Shown piece after piece: positions 1-10,020 of a stretch of 64,000 nucleotides of DNA. The position numbers and the translations under genes are program-made. How positions within the stretch are numbered: position 1 is the first letter of the stretch; each line of letters begins with the position of its first letter. Under the pieces are notes generated by a model that saw only the letters and a list, made by a program, of their open reading frames with translations, did not search any database and was not told the DNA's origin. Source of the DNA: Cognatilysobacter terrigena (lineage in GTDB: Bacteria; Pseudomonadota; Gammaproteobacteria; Xanthomonadales; Xanthomonadaceae); contig NZ_SELT01000002.1 of NCBI RefSeq assembly GCF_004361065.1, positions 177,714 to 241,713 of the forward strand. The letters are read 5' to 3'.

Positions 1-1320
1 CTCGCGCCGTGGGCCGGCGACGTGCTGCAGGCGATCGCGCAACTGCTCGCGCGACAGGAAGCGCGCGGTGCGCTGGACGCGGCGTGGTTGCTCGCGATCG
101 CCGTAGGTGCCTATCGATTGTCCGCATCGCTAGGTGCGAACGCGGCGATGCGCGCTCTTTCCGTCGCACTTGTGGTGACCCTGCCACCGATCGCGGCGCT
201 CGCCGGCAGCATGCACACGGAGCTTCCGGCAACAGCAGCGCTGCTCGCACTCGCCGCGCTCGCAGTGAAGCCAAGGAACGACGCACGCGGTGTCATCGCC
301 GTCGCGCTTATCGCCGGATTCCTCGCCGGCCTCAAGCCCATCCACCTCGTCGCTGGCCTGCCGTTGGTATTGCTCGCCGCATGGCGACACCGTGTGCAGG
401 TGCGACCGCTGCACGTGCTGGCGGCCATCGTCGCGTTCCTGATCGTCGGTGGATCGAGCTACGCCTACGCCACGGTCACCTGCGGCAATCCGGTACTTCC
501 GCTACTCAACGGCGTCTTCCACTCGCCGTGCTTTCCGCCCGTCGACTTCAGCGATGCGCGCTGGCAACGCGTGCCTTGGGTGCCATTGCCGTGGTCGATG
601 ACCTTCATGACGCACCGGCACCTCGAAGGGTGGGACGGCGGGGTTGGATTCGCGCTCATCACGCTGTCGGGCGCGGCGATCGCGGCGGTGATCGACCGGC
701 GTACGCGGGCGATCGCGCTGTGCGCGCTGTTCGCCGTGATCGCCCCGATGGCCGTCATCGCCTATGCGCGTTACGTCGTGCCGGGTCTGGCGGTGCTGAT
801 TCCGACCGCCGTCGTCGCGATGGCGCGCGTGCTGCCGCCGCGCCGTGCGGTGCTGCTCGGCGTCGCGCTGTGCGTGCTCGACATCGCGTTCCAGGCGAAC
901 GCGCAGTGGATCCTGCATACCGGCGGCATCAAGCGCGCGTTGGTCGCGGGTGGACGCGATGAGCCGCTGTTGATGCGTTACGCGCCGGAACGTCTCGCCA
1001 TCGAACGACTTCGCGCGGTCGCTCCGACGGCGACCGTGCTCGACCTTGGCGGCGCAACGCATGCGGAGCTGGCCGGTCGCGGTCGCACCACGCTGTGGTA
1101 CGCGCCGCGGATGAATGCGGCCGCGACGTCGGCCGACGGCGATGCAACCGGCGAGGCCTGGTCACGTGTGCTGCGGGACGCCCGCATCGGCATCGTCCTG
1201 CTGCGCACGCCGGACGCCACACCTGCACGCCGCGCCGGCTTGGCCCGCGCCGGTGCCTACCCGCTCCTGACCGTCGGCCCGGTAGAGTGCTGGCGCCTTC
1301 CCGAACCCGGAACCCGATGA
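1..1320 (+). CDS. Integral membrane protein, C-terminal portion (ArnT/PMT-like glycosyltransferase family); 5' end lies outside the window
   Basis: The reading frame is open from nucleotide 1 to the stop at 1318-1320. The translation has multiple hydrophobic helices followed by a soluble C-terminal domain. The stop overlaps the downstream GtrA-like start (ATGA). Confidence 0.5.
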   Translation, partial: LAPWAGDVLQAIAQLLARQEARGALDAAWLLAIAVGAYRLSASLGANAAMRALSVALVVTLPPIAALAGSMHTELPATAALLALAALAVKPRNDARGVIAVALIAGFLAGLKPIHLVAGLPLVLLAAWRHRVQVRPLHVLAAIVAFLIVGGSSYAYATVTCGNPVLPLLNGVFHSPCFPPVDFSDARWQRVPWVPLPWSMTFMTHRHLEGWDGGVGFALITLSGAAIAAVIDRRTRAIALCALFAVIAPMAVIAYARYVVPGLAVLIPTAVVAMARVLPPRRAVLLGVALCVLDIAFQANAQWILHTGGIKRALVAGGRDEPLLMRYAPERLAIERLRAVAPTATVLDLGGATHAELAGRGRTTLWYAPRMNAAATSADGDATGEAWSRVLRDARIGIVLLRTPDATPARRAGLARAGAYPLLTVGPVECWRLPEPGTR

Positions 1321-1700
1321 GCCTCAGTCGACAGAGCCGCGCCTATCTCACCATCGGCCTGATCCAGTGGCTGGTCGACTGGGCGGTGGTCGTGGCGCTG
1401 AGCCACGCGGGCATGGGAATCGAGATCGCGAACGTCATCGGCCGTATCGCCGGCGCGCTGCTCGGCTTCCGCATGAACGGGCGTTTCACGTTCGGCGACG
1501 GCGACACGACGCTGGGCGGCCCGCAGTTCACGCGCTACCTCGTCATGTGGCTGTCGACGACCGTGGTGAGTACGTGGTCGATGGGTGCGATCGACGACGT
1601 CGTCGGCCTGCATTGGGCGTGGCTCGCGAAGCCGGGCGTGGAGTTCATCCTCGGTGTCATCGGCTTCGTGCTCTCGCGGCATTGGGTCTATCGACCCTGA
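1317..1700 (+). CDS. GtrA-family small membrane protein (polysaccharide/glycan biosynthesis)
   Basis: 127 aa with four predicted TM helices (LIQWLVDWAVVVALS..., ...FILGVIGFVLSRHWVY). ATGA overlap with the upstream glycosyltransferase gene, a classic GtrA + GT39/ArnT pairing. Confidence 0.6.
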   Translation: MSLSRQSRAYLTIGLIQWLVDWAVVVALSHAGMGIEIANVIGRIAGALLGFRMNGRFTFGDGDTTLGGPQFTRYLVMWLSTTVVSTWSMGAIDDVVGLHWAWLAKPGVEFILGVIGFVLSRHWVYRP

Positions 1701-1812
1701 CCCGGTCGCGCTTTCGGGTCGCGTTCACCCGACACGCGCTAATCCTGACTCCAGTTGGCCCGAGGTGGGCCGATAGCCAAGGCATGGGGCTTTTGGCGAC
1801 GGAGGTCCGGGG

Positions 1813-2310
1813 ATGGCTTCACTGCAACGGGGTGCGTCGGCCGAGCTGTGGCAGGCGCTGGTGCACGAGGCGGGTGAGCGTGCCGGTTGCGCGCTCGACG
1901 AATCGCGCGAGAGCTATCTGGTATTCGTGCTGCTGCGCCATCAGGGCGACAACCACCTGCTCGCGCGCACACAGGCGCTCGAATGGCTGCATGCGCAGTC
2001 GCTGGCAGGGCGCGCCCGCGAGGAATCACTGCGTGACGTCGGCGATCGCTGCCTGCTGATCGCCGGACTGTATCCCGCGCTCGCCGAACGACGGCGCGTT
2101 AACGTGCGCTACTTCATCGACATGGGCCGCAGCGCCTATCAGGGCGTGGCCGAAGCCGGCCGCTCGGCCTATGCGACGTTGTTCGCCCAGCTCGCCGACA
2201 CCTACGGCGAGCTCGTGTGCACGTTGCGTGCGGTGCGACCGGACATCACCGGCCTGTCGATCGACTACGCGCAGCTCGCACGGCTCACGCCTGCACCCGG
2301 CCGACACTGA
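1813..2310 (+). CDS. Hypothetical protein
   Basis: 165-aa ORF with balanced composition and no recognisable motifs. Convergent with btuB. Confidence 0.35.
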   Translation: MASLQRGASAELWQALVHEAGERAGCALDESRESYLVFVLLRHQGDNHLLARTQALEWLHAQSLAGRAREESLRDVGDRCLLIAGLYPALAERRRVNVRYFIDMGRSAYQGVAEAGRSAYATLFAQLADTYGELVCTLRAVRPDITGLSIDYAQLARLTPAPGRH

Positions 2311-2349
2311 CGCGATCGCCGGCGTTCACCGGCGACCGCGTCATTCGCG

Positions 2350-4206
2350 TCAAGGCGTCGGCGCGTACCGCAGGGTTACGAACAGCCCGCGACCAGGCTG
2401 GCGGTAGTACTCGACCGTCTCGTACGTGCGATCGAACACGTTCTCGATACGCGCCTGCAGGCGAAGCGCTGGTGTGAACGCGTATTCCGCGCGCAGGTCG
2501 AACGTGGCGAAGGCACCGAGACGACGCGTGTTCGCGAGGTCGTCGTATCGCGCGCCTTCGCCCGCGGCGGTGACGCCGAAGCGGAACGCACCGAACTCGC
2601 GATCGAGGTCGAGACGCGCGCTTTCGCGTGCGCGACGCGGCAGCAGCAGGCCTTCCACACCTGCGCTGCGGTTCTTCGCGTCAACCCAGCTCACGCTGCC
2701 CGACGCGATCCAGCCGGCGAGCGTCGTGTTGCCGCTCAGCTCCGCGCCGCGGAGGCGTGCGCGGCTGATGTTTTCCGGTCGGAACGACGTGGAGCTGTAC
2801 GAGATCAGGTCGTCGACGTTGGTCTGGTAGACGTCGAACCGTGCGCTCGACGCCGTGCCCGTCCACGCGAGCCCTGCTTCGAACGTGCGCGAGCTTTCCG
2901 GCTGCAGGTCCGGATTGCCGAAGCCGAACGGGTAATACAGCTCGTTGAACGTCGGCGCCTTGAACGCGGTGCCGGCGCCCACGGTGAAGCGCCACTGCGA
3001 CGCGAACTCGTAGCCGAGTGCGAGGTTGCCCGTCGAGTGACCACCGAACTGCTGGTTGTCGTCGTGGCGCCCGCTCGCCTGAAGGTCGAACGCGCCGAAG
3101 TCGCCTTGGTACTGCAGGAAGGCGGCACGGTCGATGCGCTGCTTGAGGATGTAGTCGGTGACGTCGCTCTGCACGACGTCACGTTGCCATTCGGCGCCCG
3201 CGCTGATCCGCTGACCTGTCGCGACCGTGAAGTCGCCCTGCAACGAAGCCGTGTCGCGGTTGGAAGCAAAGTTGCCCTGGTACTGGGTGCCGCTCGAGTA
3301 GTTGTCCGACGCGTCGCGATTGCGACCCGCCTGCAACCTCACGGACGCGTGCGCGGACGGGGTCCACGTCACGCCACCGCCAACAACCTGCTGCACGACG
3401 GTCGAGCGGTCGTAATAGCCGTCGTACTCGTTGTCGCCTTCCGCGCGGAGCGCGTTGACGTCGGCCTTCCAGCCGTCGGCGATGTCGACACCGCCGCGCA
3501 GCGACAAGGCATCGCGCGTGTAGCCGTCGCGGTCGCTTTGCGCAAACGCAGGCGTGAGGAAACACCCGCCACCAAACGAGGTGAGCGGATCGTACGTGCG
3601 ACACGAATCAAATCCACGCGTCTCCTGCCGCGAATAGTCCGCGCCGAACCAGCCGCGGCCCACGCGACCGCCGTAGCCCGCGCTCGCTTCGTACGTATCG
3701 CGGCTGCCCGCGCCGATCGACATGCGCGGCGCCAATGCACCGGTATCGCGCTTGGTGAAGATCTGGATGACGCCGCCGATCGCCTCGCTGCCGTACAGGC
3801 TCGAGCGCGGACCGCGCACGATTTCGATGCGATCGATCAGTTCGACGGGAATGTCCTGGAACGCGACGAGACCCGAGGTCGCCGAGCCCATGCGCACGCC
3901 GTCGACCAGCACCAGCACGTGGTCCGACTCGCTGCCGCGCATGAAGATCGTGGTGAGCTTGCCGAGGCCGCCCTGGTTGCCGATGGAGATGCCGGCGCGG
4001 CCGCGCAGCAGGTCGGGCAGCGAACGCGCCTGGCTGCGTTCGATGTCTTCGCGATCGATGACCTCGACCGGCGCGAGCACGTCGCGCACGGCGACCGGCG
4101 CGCGGTTGGCGGTGACGACGACGGTGTCGAGCTTGGTCGCGTCGTCCGCGAACGCGGGCGTCGCCAGCGACGCGGCGATGGCGAGGGTGATGAGGCGGTA
4201 CGTCAT
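2350..4206 (-). CDS. btuB: TonB-dependent receptor, BtuB-like vitamin B12 transporter
   Basis: Signal peptide MTYRLITLAIAASLATPAFA. TonB box DTVVVTA. Plug domain motifs (GVRMGSATSGLVAFQDIPVELIDRIEIVRGPRSSLYGSEAIGG). C-terminal beta-barrel ending in aromatic ...TLRYAPTP-like terminus. Preceded by a cobalamin riboswitch. Confidence 0.85.
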   Translation of the reverse strand: MTYRLITLAIAASLATPAFADDATKLDTVVVTANRAPVAVRDVLAPVEVIDREDIERSQARSLPDLLRGRAGISIGNQGGLGKLTTIFMRGSESDHVLVLVDGVRMGSATSGLVAFQDIPVELIDRIEIVRGPRSSLYGSEAIGGVIQIFTKRDTGALAPRMSIGAGSRDTYEASAGYGGRVGRGWFGADYSRQETRGFDSCRTYDPLTSFGGGCFLTPAFAQSDRDGYTRDALSLRGGVDIADGWKADVNALRAEGDNEYDGYYDRSTVVQQVVGGGVTWTPSAHASVRLQAGRNRDASDNYSSGTQYQGNFASNRDTASLQGDFTVATGQRISAGAEWQRDVVQSDVTDYILKQRIDRAAFLQYQGDFGAFDLQASGRHDDNQQFGGHSTGNLALGYEFASQWRFTVGAGTAFKAPTFNELYYPFGFGNPDLQPESSRTFEAGLAWTGTASSARFDVYQTNVDDLISYSSTSFRPENISRARLRGAELSGNTTLAGWIASGSVSWVDAKNRSAGVEGLLLPRRARESARLDLDREFGAFRFGVTAAGEGARYDDLANTRRLGAFATFDLRAEYAFTPALRLQARIENVFDRTYETVEYYRQPGRGLFVTLRYAPTP

Positions 4207-4384
4207 TGCGGTACTTCTCCGGCGTGCACGACCCCACGTCGTGCGGTCATAGGAAATCGCGAGGAGAAGGCGGAAGCGGGACGACGGCGCGGCAACGCGA
4301 CGCAGGCCGCCGCAATGCCCTCCGCATCGCAACCAGTCGACGATCGGGCCGGTCTCCGGACTCGCGAGTGGATGCGTTCGCATC

Positions 4385-4545
4385 CCTCCGGGGCGCCTTC
4401 CCGTGACCTGACGTCACAGTGGCCGATGCCGCGGATCGACTCGCTTACCGTTGCGGGGGCAGTGCCGGGCTGGCGCAGTGCGCGTCACCGGCTTCCCGTT
4501 TCAACCTGCGGCGATCGACCGCCAGGTCACCCGAAAGCGGCGCGA
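4385..4545 (-). promoter_or_regulatory. Cobalamin (AdoCbl) riboswitch in the btuB 5' leader
   Basis: Minus-strand RNA reads ...AAACGGGAAGCCGGTGACGCGCACTGCGCCAGCCCGGCACTGCCCCCGCAACGGTAAGCG...GGCCACTGTGACG... This matches the conserved GGGAAnCCGGTGA core, CCCGCAACGGTAA, and the B12 box GCCACTG. It sits immediately upstream of btuB. Confidence 0.8.
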
Positions 4546-4582
4546 AGTCTACGGGAAAGATCGACCCGGCGCGCGGGCCGCG

Positions 4583-4948
4583 TCAGAACGAAAGCGCATC
4601 AGGCGCTTCGGCCTCGTCATGCGCTTCGTGCGCATCGCCCATCGTCGTGGTGACTTCGGACGCCGGCGGCATGCGCCGGGCCGATGGCAGCAATGCCGCG
4701 CCCGCAGCCGCCTGCGCGGCGAGTTCGGTGCGGCGGTTGATGTCGACCTGTTGCCAGTGACAGCCGACCAGCGCGCCTTCCAGTGCATACAGAAGGTTGA
4801 GGCTGGGCCGGAATCCCGCGCGCTTCACCCGCAGGAACGATTCGACCGCGCCGATCGCGTTGACGTCGTCCCACGTGCGCAGGCCCACCTGGCGGAGCCA
4901 TGCGGCGGACTTGCCACCGATGTTGAGGAGTCTCGGCGCGTCGGTCAT
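4583..4948 (-). CDS. TfoX C-terminal domain protein (TfoX/Sxy C-domain only)
   Basis: 121 aa; LLNIGGKSAAWLRQVGLRTWDDVNAIGAVESFLRVKRAGFRPSLNLLYALEGAL matches the TfoX_C helix-hairpin-helix-like domain. There is no N-terminal TfoX domain. Confidence 0.6.
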   Translation of the reverse strand: MTDAPRLLNIGGKSAAWLRQVGLRTWDDVNAIGAVESFLRVKRAGFRPSLNLLYALEGALVGCHWQQVDINRRTELAAQAAAGAALLPSARRMPPASEVTTTMGDAHEAHDEAEAPDALSF

Positions 4949-4952
4949 GGCA

Positions 4953-5441
4953 TCACCCCAGCGAGTCGACGAAGGCACGTGCAATCGCCTCGAGACCGCG
5001 CTGGTCGTCGAGGTCGAAACGATCGGGTTCCGGGCTGTCGAGGTCGAACACGCCGATGAGCGAGCCGTCCTTCGCCACGAGCGGCACGACGAGTTCCGAA
5101 CGCGACGCCGAATCGCAGGCGATATGGCCCGGAAACGCATGCACGTCCGGCACGCGCTGCGTTTCGCGCGTCGATGCCGCCGCGCCGCACACGCCCTTGT
5201 CGAGCGGAATCCGCACGCAGGCCGGCAGGCCCTGGAACGGGCCGACGACGAGTTCGGTGCCGTCGTAGAAATAGAAGCCGACCCAGTTGAGCGACGGCAG
5301 CGCGTTGTAGACGAGCGCCGACAGGTTCGCGGCGTTGGCGATGCGATCGCGTTCGTCGTGCAGCAGGCCGTGCGCCTGGTCGAGCAGTTGTGCGTATTGC
5401 TCGGGCTTGGTGCCGCTGAGCGCGGAGGCGGTAAAGGTCAT
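4953..5441 (-). CDS. GAF domain protein, free methionine-(R)-sulfoxide reductase-like (MsrC/YebR family)
   Basis: 162 aa; LNWVGFYFYDGTELVVGPFQGLPACVRIPLDKGVCG...SELVVPLV...GVFDLDSPEPDRFD is typical of the YebR/fRMsr GAF fold. Confidence 0.7.
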   Translation of the reverse strand: MTFTASALSGTKPEQYAQLLDQAHGLLHDERDRIANAANLSALVYNALPSLNWVGFYFYDGTELVVGPFQGLPACVRIPLDKGVCGAAASTRETQRVPDVHAFPGHIACDSASRSELVVPLVAKDGSLIGVFDLDSPEPDRFDLDDQRGLEAIARAFVDSLG

Positions 5442-5656
5442 GCGCGAAGTCTAGCGCGCACGATTCGGCCGGATGCGCCGCTTTCGTGCGTTCGTTGTCG
5501 CATGCATGCAACGACCGGCACCGACCGTGCATCGCCTGTCCGCATACGACATGACTTTTCGCCCGGGCGGCCGCTTCGGGCATAGCTATACTCCGCAGTG
5601 CACAAATTGGCCTGCCGCCCGCGACGCTCGTCGCCCCCGACCCGGAGCCCTCCTGC

Positions 5657-6838
5657 ATGACCTCCACCACGCGCCTCATCGTCGCGGCCGGCGTCCTGTC
5701 GCTCGGCCTCGTCGCCTGCAAGAAGGGCGGCGACGCACAGCAGCAGGGACCCGGCGGTGCGATGCCGCCCGCCGACGTCGGCGTGGTCGAAGTCCGGCCG
5801 CAGACGCTGCCCGCCACGCGCGATCTTGTCGGCCGTCTCGCGCCGTTCCGCAGCGCGGACGTACGTGCGCGCGTGCCGGGCGTCGTGCAGAAGCGCCTCT
5901 ACGAAGAGGGTGCGGACGTGCGCGAAGGCCAGGTGCTGTTCCTGATCGATCCGGCCGAACTGCGCGCCGCGACCGGCCAGTCGCAGGCCGCGCTCGCGCA
6001 GGCGGAAGCCACGTACACGACGGCCCGCGCCACCGCCGCGCGCGCACGTCGCCTCGGCCCTGCGCAGTACATCTCGAAGGCCGATCTCGACAACGCGCTC
6101 GCCGCCGAACGCTCCGCCGCGGCCGCGGTGCAGCAGGCGCGTGCGGCGCTCGCGAGTTCGCGCATCAATCTCGGTTATTCCGAGGTGCGTTCGCCGATCA
6201 CGGGACGCGCCGGTCGCGCGCAGGTCACCGAAGGCGCGCTGGTCGGGCAGGGCGGTGCGACGCTCCTCGCCACCGTCGACCAGATCGATCCGCTGTACGC
6301 GAACTTCTCGATCTCGGTGGCGGAACTCGACCAGCTGCGTCGCGGCGAAGGCAAGGGCGAACCGGCGGATCGCGACGTGCAGATCGTGCTGCCCGACGGC
6401 ACCGTCTACGCGCAGCGCGGCACGCTCGATTTCGAAGGCAGCGTGGTCGACCCGGCGACGGGCGCGGTCTCGCTGCGTGCCCGCGTGCCGAACCCGGAAC
6501 GCCGCCTGCTGCCGGGCACCTACGTCGGCGTTCGCGCGACGCTGGGCCTGCAGGACGCCGTCTACCTCGTGCCGCAGGCCGGCGTGCTGCGCGATGCGCA
6601 GGGCGCGTACGTCTACGTCGTCGGTGCCGACAACAAGGTCGTGCGCAAGGACGTCGGCGCGGATCGCCAGCAGGACGGCAAGTGGGTCGTCGACCGCGGC
6701 CTCGCGCCGGGCGACCGCGTGATCGTCTCCGGCATCCAGAAGGCGCAGCCCGGTGCGGCGGTGAAGCCGACGCCGTGGACCGAAGGCCCGGCGAACGCGA
6801 AGCCGGCGCCGGCCGCACCCACCGCGCGTAAGGGCTGA
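5657..6838 (+). CDS. RND efflux periplasmic adaptor subunit (MexA/AcrA family lipoprotein)
   Basis: Lipobox LGLVAC. Coiled-coil and beta-barrel motifs (VRARVPGVVQKRLYEEGADVREGQVLFLIDP; INLGYSEVRSPITGRAG). Directly precedes the RND permease. Confidence 0.9.
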   Translation: MTSTTRLIVAAGVLSLGLVACKKGGDAQQQGPGGAMPPADVGVVEVRPQTLPATRDLVGRLAPFRSADVRARVPGVVQKRLYEEGADVREGQVLFLIDPAELRAATGQSQAALAQAEATYTTARATAARARRLGPAQYISKADLDNALAAERSAAAAVQQARAALASSRINLGYSEVRSPITGRAGRAQVTEGALVGQGGATLLATVDQIDPLYANFSISVAELDQLRRGEGKGEPADRDVQIVLPDGTVYAQRGTLDFEGSVVDPATGAVSLRARVPNPERRLLPGTYVGVRATLGLQDAVYLVPQAGVLRDAQGAYVYVVGADNKVVRKDVGADRQQDGKWVVDRGLAPGDRVIVSGIQKAQPGAAVKPTPWTEGPANAKPAPAAPTARKG

Positions 6839-6844
6839 TCCGCC

Positions 6845-9800
6845 ATGTCCCGCTACTTCATCAACCACCCCGTATTCGCGTGGGTGATCGCGATCATGGT
6901 GGTGATCGCGGGCCTGCTCTCGATCCGCGGCCTCGGCGTCGAGTCGTACCCGAACATCGCACCGCCGCAGGTTGGCGTGTTCGCGAGCTATCCGGGTGCC
7001 GACGCGCAGACCGTCGAGCGCGCGGTCACGCAGATCATCGAACAGCAGCTCACCGGCATCGACGGACTGGATTACTTCAGCGCCTCGTCGAGCCAGGGTT
7101 CGGCGTCGGTGAACCTAACCTTCAAGCCCGGTGTCGATCCCGACATCGCGCAGATGCAGGTGCAGAACAAGGTCTCGCAGGCGACGCCGCGCCTGCCGTC
7201 CGACGTCACGCGTAACGGCATCACCGTCGCGAAGGCGAACTCCGGCTTCCTGTCGGTGGTCGCGCTGAAGTCGTCCGATCCCGCGATCGGCAAGGACCAG
7301 CTGTCCGACCTCCTCGCGTCGAACGTGCTCGACCAGATCTCGCGCGTTCCCGGCGTCGGCGGCACGCAGCTGTTCGGCGGCGAATACGCGATGCACATCT
7401 GGCTCAACCCCGACAAGCTGCAGGCGTACGGCCTTTCGGCGAGCGATGTGTTGAGCGCGGTGCGCGCGCAGAACGTGCAGTTCTCGGCGGGCCAGGTCGG
7501 TGGCGAGCCGTCGCCCGACACCCAGATGTTCACGGCGACGGTCGCGGCGGAAGGCCGGTTCTCCTCGCCGCAGGAATTCGAGAACATCATCCTGCGCGCG
7601 GATCCGAACGGCGCGACGGTGCGCCTGCGCGATGTCGCGCGCGTGGAGATCCTCGGCTCCGCGCATGGCTTCGACCTCAAGTGGGACGGCCAGCCGGCCG
7701 CCGGCTTCGCCGTGCAGCTCGCGCCGGGCGAAAACGCGCTCGCCGTCGCCGCTGCGGTGAAGCAGCGCATGGACGAACTGCAGCCGAGCTTCCCGAAGGG
7801 CGTGCAGTGGTTCTCGCCCTACGACAGCTCGGACTTCGTGCAGATCTCCGTCGACGAAGTCATCAAGACGCTGATCGAAGCGATGGTGCTCGTCTTCCTC
7901 GTGATGCTGCTGTTCCTGCAGAACATCCGCGCCACGCTGATCCCGACGCTGGTCATCCCGGTCGCGCTGCTCGGCACGTTCCTGGGCATGAAGATCCTCG
8001 GCTTCACGATCAACCAGCTCTCGCTGTTCGGCATGGTGCTGGCGATCGGCATCGTGGTCGACGACGCGATCGTCGTGATCGAGAACGTCGAACGCATCAT
8101 GACCGAGGAGGGCCTGAGCCCTCGCGAGGCGACGTACAAGGCGATGCAGCAGATCACCGGCGCGGTCATCGCGATCACGCTGGTGCTCGCCGCGGTGTTC
8201 GTGCCGTCGGCGCTGCAGTCGGGTTCGGCGGGTGCGGTGTATCGCCAGTTCGCGCTGACCATCGCGATGGCGATGCTGTTCTCCGCATTCCTGGCGCTGG
8301 GCTTCACGCCCGCGCTGTGTGCGAACCTGCTGAAGCCGAGCGCGCACCACGACGCCCGCAATCCGATCTTCCGCGGCTTCAACCGCATCTACGACCGGAT
8401 GGCGAAGACGTATGTCGGCCACATCCGCAGCGCCGTGCAGCACGCACCGCGCTGGATGGCGGTGTTCGCCTTGCTCGCGCTGCTGACCGGGTTCCTGTTC
8501 TGGCGCATGCCGGGCTCGTTCCTGCCGGAAGAAGACCAGGGCTATGCGCTCGCGATCGTGCAGCTGCCTCCGGGCGCGACGCTGCGTCGCACCGAAGCGG
8601 TGTTCGACCAGATGCGCGAGTCGGTCAAGAAGATCGACGGCTTCGACGGCATGATGCAGGTCGCCGGTTTCTCCTTCATCGGCCAGGGCGAGAACGTCGG
8701 CATGGCGTTCATCAAGCTCAAGCCGTGGGACGAGCGCAAGATCACCGCGACCGAGTTCATCCAGCAGGCCAACGGCGCGCTGTTCCCGATCCGCGACGCG
8801 CAGATGTTCGTGATCAACCTGCCGACGGTGAACGGCCTCGGCGCGTTCGGCGGTTTCGACATGTACCTGCAGGATCGCAGTGGCCAGGGCCGCGAAGCGC
8901 TGCAGCAGGCCATGGGCACGTTGCTGGCGAAGGCGGGGCAGGACAAGACGCTGGTCGGCGTGCGTCCCAACTCGCTCGAGCCGTCACCGCAGTTGAAACT
9001 CGACGTCGATCGCGTGCAGGCGCAGGCAATGGGCCTGTCGGTCGGCGACATCTACAACGCGATCCAGATCATGCTGTCGCCGGTGTACGTCAACGACTTC
9101 GTGCAAGGCGGCCGCGTCAAGCGCGTCACCATGCAGGCCGACGCACCGTACCGCACGGGCCCGGAGTCGCTCGGGCACTTCTACACGCCGGCGCCCGGCA
9201 TGACCACGAACGGCACGCCGGCGATGGTGCCGCTGTCGAACGTCGTGCACTCGAAGTGGACCGTCGCCGAGCCGTCACTCACCCGCTACAACGGCTTCGC
9301 CGCGGTCGAGATCGTCGGTTCGCAGGCACCGGGCAAGAGTTCGGGCGAGGCGATGAAGGCGATGGAGAACATCGTCAACAACGACCTGCCGCCGGGCTTC
9401 GGCTACGACTGGGCGGGCCAGTCGCACCAGGAAATCCTGTCGGGCAGCCAGACCACGATGCTGATGATCCTGTCGATCGTCGTCGTGTTCCTCTGCCTCG
9501 CGGCGCTGTACGAAAGCTGGTCGGTGCCGGTGTCGGTGCTGCTGGTGGTGCCGCTCGGCGTGCTGGGTGCGATCGTGTTGTCGATGATGCGCGGCTTGCC
9601 GAACGACATCTACTTCAAGATCGGCCTGATCACCGTCATCGGCCTTGCCGCGAAGAACGCGATCCTGATCATCGAGTTCGCGATCGCGGAGCGTCAGCTC
9701 GGCAAGCCGCTGCGCCAGGCGGTCGTGGAAGCGGCGAAGCTGCGACTGCGCCCGATCCTGATGACGTCGTTCGCGTTCATCATGGGCGTCACGCCGCTGG

Positions 9801-9997
9801 CCATCTCGACGGGCGCGGGCGCGAACTCGCGCCATGCGATCGGTACGGGCGTGATCGGCGGGATGCTGTTCGCGACGTTCCTCGGCCTGTTGCTGATCCC
9901 GGTGTTCTACGTCGCCGTACGGCGCATCCTGGGTGACACGCTCGACGATCCGCCGAAGCTCGATCCGAACGAGATCCATCGACAGATCCCGCTCTGA
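6845..9997 (+). CDS. RND efflux permease (AcrB/MexB family, HAE1)
   Basis: 1050 aa with 12-TM plus large periplasmic loop architecture. Starts MSRYFINHPVFAWVIAIMVVIAGLLSI. Conserved GIVVDDAIVVIENVER and FKIGLITVIGLAAKNAILIIEFA motifs. Confidence 0.95.
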   Translation: MSRYFINHPVFAWVIAIMVVIAGLLSIRGLGVESYPNIAPPQVGVFASYPGADAQTVERAVTQIIEQQLTGIDGLDYFSASSSQGSASVNLTFKPGVDPDIAQMQVQNKVSQATPRLPSDVTRNGITVAKANSGFLSVVALKSSDPAIGKDQLSDLLASNVLDQISRVPGVGGTQLFGGEYAMHIWLNPDKLQAYGLSASDVLSAVRAQNVQFSAGQVGGEPSPDTQMFTATVAAEGRFSSPQEFENIILRADPNGATVRLRDVARVEILGSAHGFDLKWDGQPAAGFAVQLAPGENALAVAAAVKQRMDELQPSFPKGVQWFSPYDSSDFVQISVDEVIKTLIEAMVLVFLVMLLFLQNIRATLIPTLVIPVALLGTFLGMKILGFTINQLSLFGMVLAIGIVVDDAIVVIENVERIMTEEGLSPREATYKAMQQITGAVIAITLVLAAVFVPSALQSGSAGAVYRQFALTIAMAMLFSAFLALGFTPALCANLLKPSAHHDARNPIFRGFNRIYDRMAKTYVGHIRSAVQHAPRWMAVFALLALLTGFLFWRMPGSFLPEEDQGYALAIVQLPPGATLRRTEAVFDQMRESVKKIDGFDGMMQVAGFSFIGQGENVGMAFIKLKPWDERKITATEFIQQANGALFPIRDAQMFVINLPTVNGLGAFGGFDMYLQDRSGQGREALQQAMGTLLAKAGQDKTLVGVRPNSLEPSPQLKLDVDRVQAQAMGLSVGDIYNAIQIMLSPVYVNDFVQGGRVKRVTMQADAPYRTGPESLGHFYTPAPGMTTNGTPAMVPLSNVVHSKWTVAEPSLTRYNGFAAVEIVGSQAPGKSSGEAMKAMENIVNNDLPPGFGYDWAGQSHQEILSGSQTTMLMILSIVVVFLCLAALYESWSVPVSVLLVVPLGVLGAIVLSMMRGLPNDIYFKIGLITVIGLAAKNAILIIEFAIAERQLGKPLRQAVVEAAKLRLRPILMTSFAFIMGVTPLAISTGAGANSRHAIGTGVIGGMLFATFLGLLLIPVFYVAVRRILGDTLDDPPKLDPNEIHRQIPL

Positions 9998-10020
9998 GTC
10001 GAATCGTCCGCTGCACCTCG

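Noticed and set aside
3037-4653. 538-aa plus-strand ORF over btuB and the riboswitch
   Set aside because: Antisense to the BtuB receptor and crosses the riboswitch; Arg-rich low-complexity translation.
5473-6831. 452-aa plus-strand ORF in an alternative frame over the RND adaptor gene
   Set aside because: Overlaps the RND adaptor in another frame; Arg-rich nonsense composition.
7115-8443. 442-aa minus-strand ORF
   Set aside because: Antisense to the RND permease.
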